Below, piece after piece: positions 44,129-54,149 of a stretch of 64,000 nucleotides of DNA. The notes beneath the pieces were generated by a model that saw only the letters and a program-made list of their open reading frames with translations, made no database searches and was not told the origin of the DNA. The stretch comes from Candidatus Marinacidobacterales bacterium (lineage in GTDB: Bacteria; Acidobacteriota; Vicinamibacteria; Marinacidobacterales; SMYC01): contig OZ250169.1 of NCBI GenBank assembly GCA_965237955.1, forward strand, positions 1,856,001 through 1,920,000, in the 5' to 3' direction. The first letter of the stretch is position 1. Each line of letters opens with the position of its first letter. A program made the translations under genes and the position numbers.

Positions 44129-45705
44129 GTGATTGGTGAGACACTGCGACACTACCGTGTCGACGCGGAAATCGGCGCCGGAGCGATGGGGATCGTTTAC
44201 CGTGCGTTCGACACCGTGCTCGAGCGTCCCGTCGCGATCAAGATTCTGAGTGAGAGGCCCGATCAGGAGATCGACGGAGCGCGGCTCGTCGACGAAGCCC
44301 GGAACGTCTCGGCGCTCAACCATCCCAACATCTGCACCATCCACGATGTCGGCGAAGATCACAATCGTACGTTCATCGTCATGGAGTTCATCGAAGGGCA
44401 ACCGTTGACGCCGATTTCAAGACCGACGTGTGGTCGCTCGGCATCGTTCTCTAGTGTTGGTGCTTCCGTTCGCGGATCGATCGCCGGCCGGTGACAACGA
44501 GCACCTTGCCGACGGCCTCACCGAGGAGATCATCACCGACCTTTCGAATGTCGAGAGCGTTCGCGTGATTTCGCGAACCTCGAGCTTACGCCTCAAGGAC
44601 AGCTCGGACGACATCACCCGCATCGGTGAGCAGCTCAAAGTGCAATACGTCGTCGAGGGCAGTGTGCGCAAGGCAGGCAACAAGCTTCGGGTCACCGTGA
44701 ACGTCGTCGACGTTGACACCGACTCGCCTATCTGGGGAAACAAATACAGCGGCGAAGTCGAAGACGTCTTCGACATCCAGGAGAAAGCATCTCGCAACAT
44801 CGCGGACGCGCTCGAGCTGAGACTGACTTCGGTTGAGAAACGCAGAATGGCCGCTCATCCCATTGCCGACGTACGCGTCTACGAGTGCTATTTGAGAGCG
44901 AAGCAGGAGATGCACCGCTTTTCTTCCGATGCGCTCGAGCGGGCTCTCGATCACTTGCGAGCCGGCGCCGCAATCGACGAAGACAACCTGTTGCTGCTGT
45001 CGGCGACGGGCGAGGCGCACTGGCAATACGTCAACGAGGGCCTGTCGAGCGATCCCGAACATCTCGAGAAGGCCCGAAGCATCGCCAACGAATTCTCGAT
45101 GCGGACCCAGCCTCGGCCGCGGCGCACCGCCTTTCGGGTATGATCCGCTTCCACGAGGGCGAGACCGAGGAAGGCATTCGCCAACACCGGCGCGCGCACG
45201 AGGAAGAGCCGAACGATCCCGACACGCTCATGTGGCTCAGCGTGTTCACCGCCGTAAGCGGTAAACACGACGTTGCCACGCCTTGGGTGGCGCGACTTCT
45301 CGAGATCGATCCACTGACGCCGCTTTATCGAGTTCTTCCCGGGGTCCTCGCTTCGATGAAAGGAAACTTCGACGAAGCGAGTGAGCTCCTCTCGAAGAGC
45401 TACGTTATGAACCTCGAGAACCCGGGCGTTCGGCTTCTCTACGGGCAGGCGTTGGTCATGAGCGGGAAAATCGACGACGCGGCCGCCGTGTTCGATGCTC
45501 TGCTCTATGACATGCCGGAGAGCCCGTTTACCCACGTGGGCGCGTTCTACCGTTTTGGCTACGAGGTGATCGCGAGCGGGCTAAAGACGCCGTATCCGAA
45601 CAAACCGAGGCGGCACTCGGCACCGACCTCCAGTACTCGTGGATGCTCGCGCAGTGCTACGCGCTCATCGAAGAGAACGACCGCGCGATTCACTGGTTAC
45701 AGAAC
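44129..45705 (+). pseudogene. Internally deleted Ser/Thr kinase-TolB-N-TPR pseudogene
   Basis: Subdomains I-V jump directly to subdomain IX (KTDVWSLGIVL*), then to LVLPF..ADGLTEEII; HRD, DFG and APE are absent; further frameshifts. Confidence 0.82.
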
Positions 45706-46753
45706 AGACCAAAGCCAATCTCAAGAAAGATCAACTGAAGCTTTTCCGCGATGCCGGTGTGCTCGAGATCCAGCCCGGTGTCGAGAGCTTCAGCGACGCC
45801 GTGCTCCAGTTGATGCGCAAAGGCGTCAGCGCGCTGCAGAACGTCCAGCTTCTGAAGTGGTGTCGGGAGCTCTGCCTCACGGCGTATTGGAACGTCCTGT
45901 GGGGTTTTCCGGAGAGCAAGAGGAGGATTACGCGCGCATGGCGCGTCTCGTCCCCCATCTTATGCACCTGCAACCACCGGGCGGCATTGCGGGCATTCGT
46001 CTGGACCGCTTCAGCCCCAACTTTCTTCGACGCAACCAAGATGGGTTTCGTCGACGTGTCCCCGCTCCCGGCGTATCGGCACGTCTACCCGCTCGAGGAC
46101 GAGGCTCTGATGAACCTCGCCTACCATTTCACGTTTCGTTACGCCGACAATCGTGATGTGAATGCTTACATTCGCCCGTTGCTGGTTGAGCTCCGCCGCT
46201 GGATGTCGACGCATGATGCGGGTCTGTTCATGGTCGATGGCGACGGCCGGCTCGCAATTGGGGATCTTCGACCCGCGAGCATCGCGCCGTTGAGTGTTCT
46301 CTCGGGGCTCGCGCGGTTTCTCTATTTGGAATGCGATGCGATTCGGCTCTCGAGACCCTGATCCGTCGCGTGGAGGAAGAACGGGGGCGAAAGACCGAGA
46401 GCACCGAGCTTGTCCGTTGTCTCGATCCGCTCGTTGAGCGCGGCCTCATTCTCGAGCAGGATGGTCGCTATCTCAGCTTGGCGGTCCGGCTCGGTGATTA
46501 CGAACCGAGCCGTCCGGTCGTGAACCGGTTCTTCGCAGTAGCGAAGGAGCTCGGCGAGCCCACCACCGATGGGTTGCGTGTGCCCTTGAAACGTCTCAAC
46601 GGGAGCGAGGGCTATTTGACCGCTGCCGAACGAGCTCTGGCGAAGGCCGGAAGCTCGTTCCCGAGATATCGCTCTCGGCGTCTCTCACCATCGCAATTTT
46701 ATGTGGACGGCAACCGCGGTTTGCTCGTAGAATTCCGCAGGCGGTATAACTGA
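45706..46753 (+). pseudogene. C-terminal half of a RiPP-maturation radical SAM protein (TIGR03975-like), frameshifted
   Basis: KANLKKDQL..AG..IQPGVES.SD.VL.LMRKG..LQN.QLLKW, WN.LWGFP, HLQPP, RLDRFSP and LAYHF motifs; the CxxxCxxC half is missing. Confidence 0.75.
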
Positions 46754-46810
46754 AAGGGAAGCTGCATGGCAAAGAAGAAGGCCAAGAAGAAGGCCGCCAA
46801 GAAGAAAAAG

Positions 46811-48194
46811 GGGTCTACGCGGGTTCGTGTGGGTTGAAAACGGCATTTCTGGGTAATGGCGGAAGGAATGCCGCCACGATCTTCAGCTTGAGATATCCCT
46901 CGTCACGATAGCCGTAGGCGCGTCGTTGCAGAACACGGATTTTGTTGTTGACCCCTTCAACCAGTCCGAGACTGACTTTGTTCTCAGGATGACAGTAGGA
47001 GGCGATACCATCCCAATGGGACTCAATCATTCCGGCGAACTTCTGGTAGGGATGCAGGCGCTGCCATTTGAGGCTGTCTTTCCAACGTGTGAAAAAGGCG
47101 CGAGCCCCGCGTTCGGTGCGGTAATCCCAGAGTTGCCCGAAGGCCTCCTTCAAAACATAGGCGGTGTTCAGGCGCCGGTTGGCCTGGAGCAACTTCTTGA
47201 GTGCGCGGCGACCGTCCAGGCTCAGGTTCTCCCGCCGGGAAAGCAACGTGTAACGCTGCCCCTTGATATACGACCGGTCCTCGCCGCTGAGGCGTTTGTA
47301 CTCACGGCGCCGGACCTCATCGAGAGCCTTTGACAGGTGACGCATGATATGAAACTTGTCGAAGATGATCCGCGCATTGGGTGCGTTGTTAATCACCGAG
47401 TTCCGGAAGGGCTTCCACATATCCATGGCGGCCAGCTTGATACGGGCGCTTTTCTTCCCGCCCAGCGCCTTGAAGAACAAATCGATGTCGGTTTCTTTGC
47501 GACCCTCACCGCCCACCCAGATGGGACGCGCCCGCTCCAGGTCGCTGACAATGACACGATAGTTATGTCCCTTGCGGATGGAGATCTCATCGATACCGAT
47601 GGCCCGAGGCGCCGGCAGCCCCGCCCGCTCGACTTGCTCTTGCATGTAGAGCTTATCCAGGTCCTTCACCGTAGTGTGGTGCAGACGTTCCATCTCGGCC
47701 ACCGCCTTGTTCGGCATATCCCGGCACAGCTTGCCCACATGCGTCGCAAAGCGCTGGGTGTAGCGCGGGTTGTTCGCCAGCCAGTCCAAGTGTTCTACAT
47801 GCACACCACCGCACCCACGACAGTTGACGCGCCAACGCTCGTATTCCAGATAGATCCGCCAGCCTGCCAACGACAGGTCGCGGACCCGGCACACTTGCTT
47901 GTCATAGCGCCCCCGGCACCGATGCCCACAGTACGAGCACACGGCTGTTTTTTTCGCCTCTTGAGCTGGATGACGCGGGCGTATCGGTCACCGAATACAC
48001 CGTTCAATCGGGCGCCAGCCACGAAACCTGGTAGCGCAAAAAGCGAGCGGATCGACTGGGGATTTTTCACTCGGTTAGCCTATCCGAAAAACGGATCACT
48101 TCTCAGCACCTGATGAAGTGCTGAATACCTTTTCCACACAATGAGTTACACTATTTCTCCGTCAGCATTCGCCCACAGATTTCCGCGTAGACCC
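46811..48194 (-). mobile_element. ISL3-family insertion sequence with 8-bp target duplication AGAAAAAG
   Basis: IRs GGGTCTACGCGG..TGTGGG / CCCACA..CCGCGTAGACCC; DR at 46803-46810 and 48195-48202. Confidence 0.93.
46815..48070 (-). CDS. ISL3 transposase in two overlapping ORFs (A7 slippery site near 47950)
   Basis: Zinc ribbon CSYC..CRGC; IGIDE, AMDMW, FDKFH and EGVNNKI motifs. Confidence 0.92.
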
Positions 48195-48253
48195 AGAAAA
48201 AGAAGACCACCAAGAAAGCTGGAAAGAAGCGGGCGAAACGTCAGGTCTTCTGA

Positions 48254-48570
48254 TTCGATCGCGTCAGCAATCTCTTTCAGATTATTTTTTTCCGGCGCCT
48301 CGTCGCGCGTGTTTGCGGCTTGGGCCCTAATGCCCTCGAGCAAGCTCGTGCCATTAGAGCTTCCAAGTCCTGTGCACTCATCCCAGCCCGGACCGGCGGA
48401 GTATCCACCGTTGTCCCCGGAAGTAAACCGACGTAGCGCTCCGGACGATCGAAGCCGGTAGAGGCGCGGCGTCACGAACCCAAGTCGTTCGCCGGTGTCG
48501 GCCAACCCTTCATTTAGACGAGCGCCGAGACCAGCCCACAAGGGTGAGACCGCGCTCGTGACGAGCGCCG
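48254..48570 (-). pseudogene. C-terminal remnant of an S53 (kumamolisin/sedolisin) peptidase
   Basis: TSAVSPLWAG..ARLN..LGF..P.LY..SGDNGGYSAGPGWDECTGLGS. Confidence 0.72.
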
Positions 48571-48773
48571 TCCACAGGTTCTCGTTGGCTACCGGGAAGC
48601 TCGATCATCGCGCCGTTGTGTTTGCGATTCTAGCAAGGTTGGCGAGCGAGCCGGAAAACCCAGGTTCGCTTTTCACCCCAGGGGCTGGACACAGTAGAAT
48701 TGTGTGGCTCTCGGTCAGGCTCGGCCAATCACAGACGGGAGCCGTGCCCATCTGGGGTGGGCAGCTTCGGCAG

Positions 48774-50219
48774 ATGCAGACATTTTCCGAGTTTATCGAT
48801 CAAAGCTTCGACTTCCCGCCCGAGGGGTTCCAGGTCCTCGACGACGAGCTCTATTTTCACGGGATCAACGTGATGGAGCTCATCGAGACCTACAAGACGC
48901 CGCTGCGGTTCACCTACATGCCGATTATCTCGGAGAGAGTGAGGCGGGCGCGGAAGTACTTCCACGACGCGATCGACAAGGTCGCCTACCGTGGCAACTA
49001 TACCTACACGTACTGCACGAAGAGCGCGCATTTCAAACACGTGATGGTCGAGGTGCTCAAAGCGGGGGCGCAACTAGAAACGTCGTCGGCTCTCGATATC
49101 CCGATCATCGACGTCCTCGAACGTTCCGGCCACGTCAACAAACAGATCCGGGTGTTGTGCAACGGATTCAAAGACTACGAGTACAAGCAAAACATCGTGG
49201 ACATGCTGCACGACGGCTTCGAAAACTTCGTTCCGATACTCGACAACAAAGACGAGCTCGGTTTCTACGAGCAGGAGCTCCACGTGCCGTGCACGCTGGG
49301 GATTCGGCTTGCGACCGAGGAGCCGCCGGAATCGGGTTTCTATACGAGCCGCCTCGGGATGAGAGAGGACCAGATCATTCCGTTCTACATGCAAAAGCTC
49401 TCGGATCATCCGAGCCTGGGCGTGAAGTTGCTGCATTTCTTCGTGCACACCGGCATTCAAGACACGCCGTTTTTTTGGAGCGAGCTCCGTCGCTTCGTCA
49501 ACTTCTACTGTCAGTTCAAGGTCGTCAATCCGAAGCTCGCAATGCTCGACCTCGGTGGTGGCCTGCCGTTCAGGAACTCGCTCGCGTTCGAGTACGACTA
49601 CGAGTACGTCATCGGCGAGATCGTGCGGACGGTGCAAGAGATCTGCCGGGAGAACTCGGTCGAAGAGCCCGACCTCATCACCGAGTTCGGAAGCTACACC
49701 GTGGCCGAGAGCAGCGGAACGCTCTTCAAAGTGTTGGGGAAGAAAGAGCAGAACGATCGTGAAAAGTGGCACATGATCGATGGGAGCGTCATCACCATGC
49801 TCCCTGACGTGTGGGCGCTCGGCCGCCGGTTCATGCTCCTGCCCATCAACAATTGGGACGCCGGTTACGAAAAAGTCGTCATCGGCGGTATGACGTGCGA
49901 TGCCGATGATTATTACAGCGAAGAAACCCATCGCGGCTCGATCTTCATGCCGGACACACGCTTGCAGCAATACATCGGGTTCTTCCACACCGGCGCCTAC
50001 CAGGAAGTTCTGAGCGGAGTGGGAGGCCTCCACCACTGCCTCATGCCGGATCCGAAACACGTTGTGATCTCGCTCGACGATGAAGGGCATCGCGTGTTCC
50101 GCGTGCTCAGCGAAGAGCAGGTTTCCAAGCAAGTTCTCCGGACTCTCGGCTACCGGCGTGATCCGGATGCGCCTCCGGTGCGCTCCGCGAAAGACCGGGA
50201 CAAGAAGCTCGTCGAGTAG
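48774..50219 (+). CDS. speA: Arginine decarboxylase (type III PLP, short form)
   Basis: YCTKS (PLP Lys), ETSS, CNGFK, LHFF, DLGGG, TEFG, TCD and GAYQE motifs. Confidence 0.88.
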   Translation: MQTFSEFIDQSFDFPPEGFQVLDDELYFHGINVMELIETYKTPLRFTYMPIISERVRRARKYFHDAIDKVAYRGNYTYTYCTKSAHFKHVMVEVLKAGAQLETSSALDIPIIDVLERSGHVNKQIRVLCNGFKDYEYKQNIVDMLHDGFENFVPILDNKDELGFYEQELHVPCTLGIRLATEEPPESGFYTSRLGMREDQIIPFYMQKLSDHPSLGVKLLHFFVHTGIQDTPFFWSELRRFVNFYCQFKVVNPKLAMLDLGGGLPFRNSLAFEYDYEYVIGEIVRTVQEICRENSVEEPDLITEFGSYTVAESSGTLFKVLGKKEQNDREKWHMIDGSVITMLPDVWALGRRFMLLPINNWDAGYEKVVIGGMTCDADDYYSEETHRGSIFMPDTRLQQYIGFFHTGAYQEVLSGVGGLHHCLMPDPKHVVISLDDEGHRVFRVLSEEQVSKQVLRTLGYRRDPDAPPVRSAKDRDKKLVE

Positions 50220-50231
50220 ACGCCCACCGGC

Positions 50232-51269
50232 ATGACGCGCGAAAACAACGTTCGCGATTTCGATCCGAACCAACCCGTCGCCACCAATACGCTCTGGGGT
50301 CTTCCGTTCGATGTGGACGACGCGGCTCTCGTCGTGCTTCCGGTGCCGTGGGAAGTGACGGTATCGTACGGTGCCGGCACCGCGAACGCACCCGCGGCCG
50401 TTCTCACGGCGTCGCGCCAGGTCGACCTCGAGAACGAGATGTATCCGAATGCGTGGAAGCAGGGGATTGCCATGGCGCCCGAGCCCTGTGACGTGAGGCG
50501 CCTGAACGACGTGACCCGACCGAAGGCTCTCGAGGTCATCGACGCGATTGCACGGGGAAATGCGGAAAGCGGGGCCGCGTCACTAGCCGAAGTGAACCGC
50601 GCTTGTGAAACGATGGTCGCCCGGGTGCGAAGCGATGCGACCGGTCTTCTCGATCGAGGCAAGCGGGTCGGCGTTCTCGGCGGTGACCATAGCGTGGCGC
50701 TTGGGCTCATGCAGGCGCTCGCCGAGCGTTACGACGATTTCGGCATCCTGCATATCGACGCCCATTGCGACCTTCGGGACGCTTACGAGGGTTTCGTACA
50801 CTCGCATGCATCGATCATGAGACACGCGCTCGGGTTACCAGGTCTTTCGAAAATGGTTCAAGTCGGCGTGCGCGACAACTGCGAAGAAGAGATCGAGGTG
50901 ATACGTGGTAGCGGAGGCGTGGTGCAACTTTTCAGTAATCACACGCTGTCGGGACGAAGCTTCCACGGTGAGACCTGGTCCGCGATGACCGACGATATCG
51001 TGCGGGAGCTTCCGGAGAATGTCTACGTGAGCTTCGACGTCGACGGGCTCGACCCGTCACTGTGCCCGGGAACGGGAACGCCGGTGCCGGGAGGGCTGGC
51101 GTACGAACAAGCGCTCTATCTCGTCGAGCGGCTGGGCGCCACCGAGCGCAACATCGTGGGCTTCGACCTGAGTGAGGTATCGCCATCGGGCGAGAGGGGA
51201 AGCGAGTGGGACGCAAACGTCGGCGCGCGGTTACTCTATCGGCTGAGCTCGGCCGCGCTATCGCGGTAA
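50232..51269 (+). CDS. speB: Agmatinase-family ureohydrolase
   Basis: GGDHS, HIDAHCD and SFDVDGLDP..PGTGTPVPGG motifs. Confidence 0.88.
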   Translation: MTRENNVRDFDPNQPVATNTLWGLPFDVDDAALVVLPVPWEVTVSYGAGTANAPAAVLTASRQVDLENEMYPNAWKQGIAMAPEPCDVRRLNDVTRPKALEVIDAIARGNAESGAASLAEVNRACETMVARVRSDATGLLDRGKRVGVLGGDHSVALGLMQALAERYDDFGILHIDAHCDLRDAYEGFVHSHASIMRHALGLPGLSKMVQVGVRDNCEEEIEVIRGSGGVVQLFSNHTLSGRSFHGETWSAMTDDIVRELPENVYVSFDVDGLDPSLCPGTGTPVPGGLAYEQALYLVERLGATERNIVGFDLSEVSPSGERGSEWDANVGARLLYRLSSAALSR

Positions 51270-51285
51270 GCGCGAGGAGGTGGAC

Positions 51286-52275
51286 ATGAAAAGGGAAAAA
51301 GGGCCGGTCTCTCGATTCATGGAGCACCACTTTCGCCATTTCAACGCGGCCACGGTCATCGATGCTTCGCGCGCGTACGAGGAGCTCGTCGACGGGGACG
51401 GCAAGATGATGATCACGCTCGCGGGGGCCATGAGCACGGCTGAGCTCGGACGCTCGCTCGCCGAGATGATCCGGCAGGAAAAAGTCGACATCATCTGTTG
51501 TACCGGTGCCAACCTCGAGGAAGACGTCTTCAACCTCGTCGCGCACAGCCACTACCAGCGGGTACCGCACTACCGCGAGCTCACCGCCGAGGACGAGGAG
51601 GCGCTCCTCGAGCAGCACTACAACCGCGTAACCGATACGTGCATCCCTGAGGAGGAGGCGATGCGGCGCATCGAGCACGGCATCTACGCGCTATGGGAGC
51701 GCGCCCACAAGGACAACGCACGCTATTTCCCCCATGAGTTCATCTACGAGCTCGTGCGCTCGGGCGAGCTCGAATCGTCCTACGACATCGATCCGGCAGA
51801 TAGCTGGGTCGTCGCGGCATGCGAGAGGAACCTTCCGCTCGTCGTCCCCGGTTGGGAAGACTCGACCCTCGGCAATTTCTTCGCTGCCCACTGCATCCAA
51901 AGGGAGCTGGACCCGAACGTGATGCGTAACGGGATCGAGTACATGATCGAGCTCGCGCGCTGGTACAGCGACAACGCCGAGAACGTCGAGAAAGGCGGCA
52001 TCGGGTTCTACCAAATTGGAGGCGGGATTGCGGGCGATTTTCCGATCTGCGTCGTTCCGATGCTCCACCAGGATCTTGGCAAAACCGACGTGCCCCGGTG
52101 GAGCTACTTCTGTCAGATCTCCGATTCCACCACCAGCTTCGGCTCGTACTCGGGCGCTGTCCCCAACGAGAAGATCACGTGGGGGAAACTCGGGGTCGAC
52201 ACGCCGAAATTCATCATCGAGTCGGACGCGTCGATCGTCGCCCCGCTGATGTTCGCCTGGATCCTCGGGCTGTAG
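51286..52275 (+). CDS. Deoxyhypusine synthase-like protein (SpeY-type)
   Basis: LAGAMSTA, TGANLEED, IGGG and GSYSGAVPNEKITWGK (catalytic Lys) motifs. Confidence 0.92.
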   Translation: MKREKGPVSRFMEHHFRHFNAATVIDASRAYEELVDGDGKMMITLAGAMSTAELGRSLAEMIRQEKVDIICCTGANLEEDVFNLVAHSHYQRVPHYRELTAEDEEALLEQHYNRVTDTCIPEEEAMRRIEHGIYALWERAHKDNARYFPHEFIYELVRSGELESSYDIDPADSWVVAACERNLPLVVPGWEDSTLGNFFAAHCIQRELDPNVMRNGIEYMIELARWYSDNAENVEKGGIGFYQIGGGIAGDFPICVVPMLHQDLGKTDVPRWSYFCQISDSTTSFGSYSGAVPNEKITWGKLGVDTPKFIIESDASIVAPLMFAWILGL

Positions 52276-52279
52276 CCCC

Positions 52280-52302
52280 CCGCCTTCGCCAAGGCTACGG
52301 CG
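52280..52302. repeat. Short REP-like hairpin after the polyamine operon
   Basis: CCGCCTTCGCCAAGGCTACGGCG; single copy in the window. Confidence 0.4.
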
Positions 52303-52353
52303 AGGCCTTTCCGTTTTGACAAACACGCAAGTTTGCGTCGTTAAAAGATTTTT

Positions 52354-53714
52354 GCCTCTCCTGCCATTTCAGTGGATCCTCTCGAGGGTGAGACCGCCAC
52401 AGTTTAGGTAGACGAGACTGATGAGAGCTTCGGCAGAGTGGAGTCCAAAGCTGCGGTGGCTCAGCAGCCGGATTTTGTTGTTCATTCCTTCGAGTCGGCC
52501 GTTGCTGAGTCTCCACGTGACCCACGCGATGACGCCATCGAAGTGGCTGCGGATCATCTTCGCCGCGCGTTTGACGGGCTCTATCCTCGAGCTCATAGCG
52601 CGCCGCAGCCATCCTCGGAGAAACTTCTTGGCCCATGTCTCGGTTTTGTAGGTGTAGAGGTCCATGAAGTCGTCGCGCAGAAGCATGGCGCGGTAGAGGC
52701 GACGATTAGCTCGCACCTGCTCGCGGAGCACCCGTTTGTCTTTCGCGCTGCGGTTGTGTTTGGCCTTGAGAAGGGGAAACTTGGTGTTCTTGAGGTTGCG
52801 CCGGGCAGTCCCTTTGAGCTCGCGCACCAGCTCGCGCCGGGTCTTATCCACGGCCTCGTTCAGATGCTTGACGATGTGGAAGCGGTCAAAGATCACCCGT
52901 GCCTGAGGAGCCTTTTTGCCGACGACAGTTATGTACGGCTCCCACATGTCCATGCTGACCGCTTCGAGCTCCGCGGCTCTTTGTGGTCCGAGCTTGCGGA
53001 AAAACCGCAGCAGCGTCTTGGCCTTGCGCTCCTTTCCCGCCCAGACGACCCGGCCGCTGAGATGGTCTATTACCACTGTTAAGTACTTGTGGCGTTTGCG
53101 GTAGCTGATCTCGTCCATCCCAATCACCCGCAATCCATCGAGCTCGCGCCGCTCATCCCGCTGCTCGGCAACCACTCGCTGGATGATCCGTCGCACCGAA
53201 CGCCACGTCACTCGGAAATAGTTCGCTACGGCGCTGACGTCCGTCCTCTGTGCCAGCCACGCTACCTCTTGTTCGAAGCTTTTGGTAAAGCGGCTTCCCT
53301 TGTCTGCCCAAGGCACCTTTTCTCTGACCACTCCACACCGCCGACATACCACTCGTCGGATCGAGTAGCGAAGATAGGTCCGGACTCCGAACAGGTCCAA
53401 GTGCCGCCAGTAGCGATTGTAGCGATCTTTGTTCTTGCGGACCTTTCGTCCGCAAATCCCGCACAGAGGCTTCCTCCTCCGTGGTACTACATCCACCACC
53501 ACTCTGGCTTTGTCCGCCTGGAAGTAGAAACCTCGGACCCACAGGCCTTGCAATCCGATGAGCTTGTTGACTAACGTAGTAACGCGCATCGCGGGAACGC
53601 TCTTTTCTCTTTCGGAAAAAAAGATTCTAGCGTTCTCGCCGATGCGCATCTACACATGGCTTACCCTCTCAACCCACGGGCCTCACCAAATGCCACTGCC
53701 CCTCAGCGAGAGAC
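52354..53714 (-). mobile_element. Second ISL3-family element (ends tentative, no DR found)
   Basis: Weak IR GCCTCTCCTGCCATTTCAGTGG vs GTCTCTCGCTGAGGGGCAGTGG. Confidence 0.6.
52369..53589 (-). CDS. ISL3-family transposase
   Basis: CGIC..CRRC zinc ribbon; IGMDE, SMDMW, FDRFH and EGMNNKI motifs. Confidence 0.94.
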   Translation of the reverse strand: MRVTTLVNKLIGLQGLWVRGFYFQADKARVVVDVVPRRRKPLCGICGRKVRKNKDRYNRYWRHLDLFGVRTYLRYSIRRVVCRRCGVVREKVPWADKGSRFTKSFEQEVAWLAQRTDVSAVANYFRVTWRSVRRIIQRVVAEQRDERRELDGLRVIGMDEISYRKRHKYLTVVIDHLSGRVVWAGKERKAKTLLRFFRKLGPQRAAELEAVSMDMWEPYITVVGKKAPQARVIFDRFHIVKHLNEAVDKTRRELVRELKGTARRNLKNTKFPLLKAKHNRSAKDKRVLREQVRANRRLYRAMLLRDDFMDLYTYKTETWAKKFLRGWLRRAMSSRIEPVKRAAKMIRSHFDGVIAWVTWRLSNGRLEGMNNKIRLLSHRSFGLHSAEALISLVYLNCGGLTLERIH

Positions 53715-54027
53715 GAGGCTGTGGGAAACGCCCCCACGGTTCTGGTCGTTCAGACCTTGCTCACGACTGAGTTCTCTTCGAAGCCTGGAAGGGCGTTTTC
53801 CATAGCCTCCACTAATCGAGCCCCCCCTTCCTTATTCCATATGAATTAATCTTTCTTGTATATATATCAGGAGGGGCCTGTGGGCGCTCGTGGGAAACGC
53901 GAAGCGTTTTCCAAGCGATTGTGGAAAACGCCGCTCCACGTTTGTACGTGCTCACAACCTTTCCCTAAACGCCTCTCTCGCCCGGAGTTTCCGGCGTTTT
54001 CCACAATCGCGGCAGCGTCCATAGGCC
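53715..54027. repeat. Pair of related long hairpins flanking an AT-rich spacer
   Basis: 19-bp stem 53715-33/53791-809 (2 G-T pairs); perfect 19-bp stem 53915-33/53992-54010 nested in outer stem 53875-88/54014-27. Confidence 0.8.
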
Positions 54028-54149
54028 ATGCCCTCCAACACAAATCAGATCCCCCGAAACGACAGGAGAACCAGATTTTTTCCTCACACCGGCCTCTGCT
54101 TCTTGGTAAAGTACCCATACCGCTGCCCATCACGCTCGTGCTTTGGAGC

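Larger units (their letters stand above)
46766..48253 (+). pseudogene. 31-aa Lys-rich ORF interrupted by ISL3
   Basis: Removing the IS and one DR copy gives MAKKKAKKKAAKKKKKTTKKAGKKRAKRQVF*. Confidence 0.65.

Noticed and set aside
46811-53714. Composite transposon carrying speA-speB-DHS between two ISL3s
   Set aside because: The two ISL3s are divergent with different ends, and the first has its own DR, indicating independent insertion.
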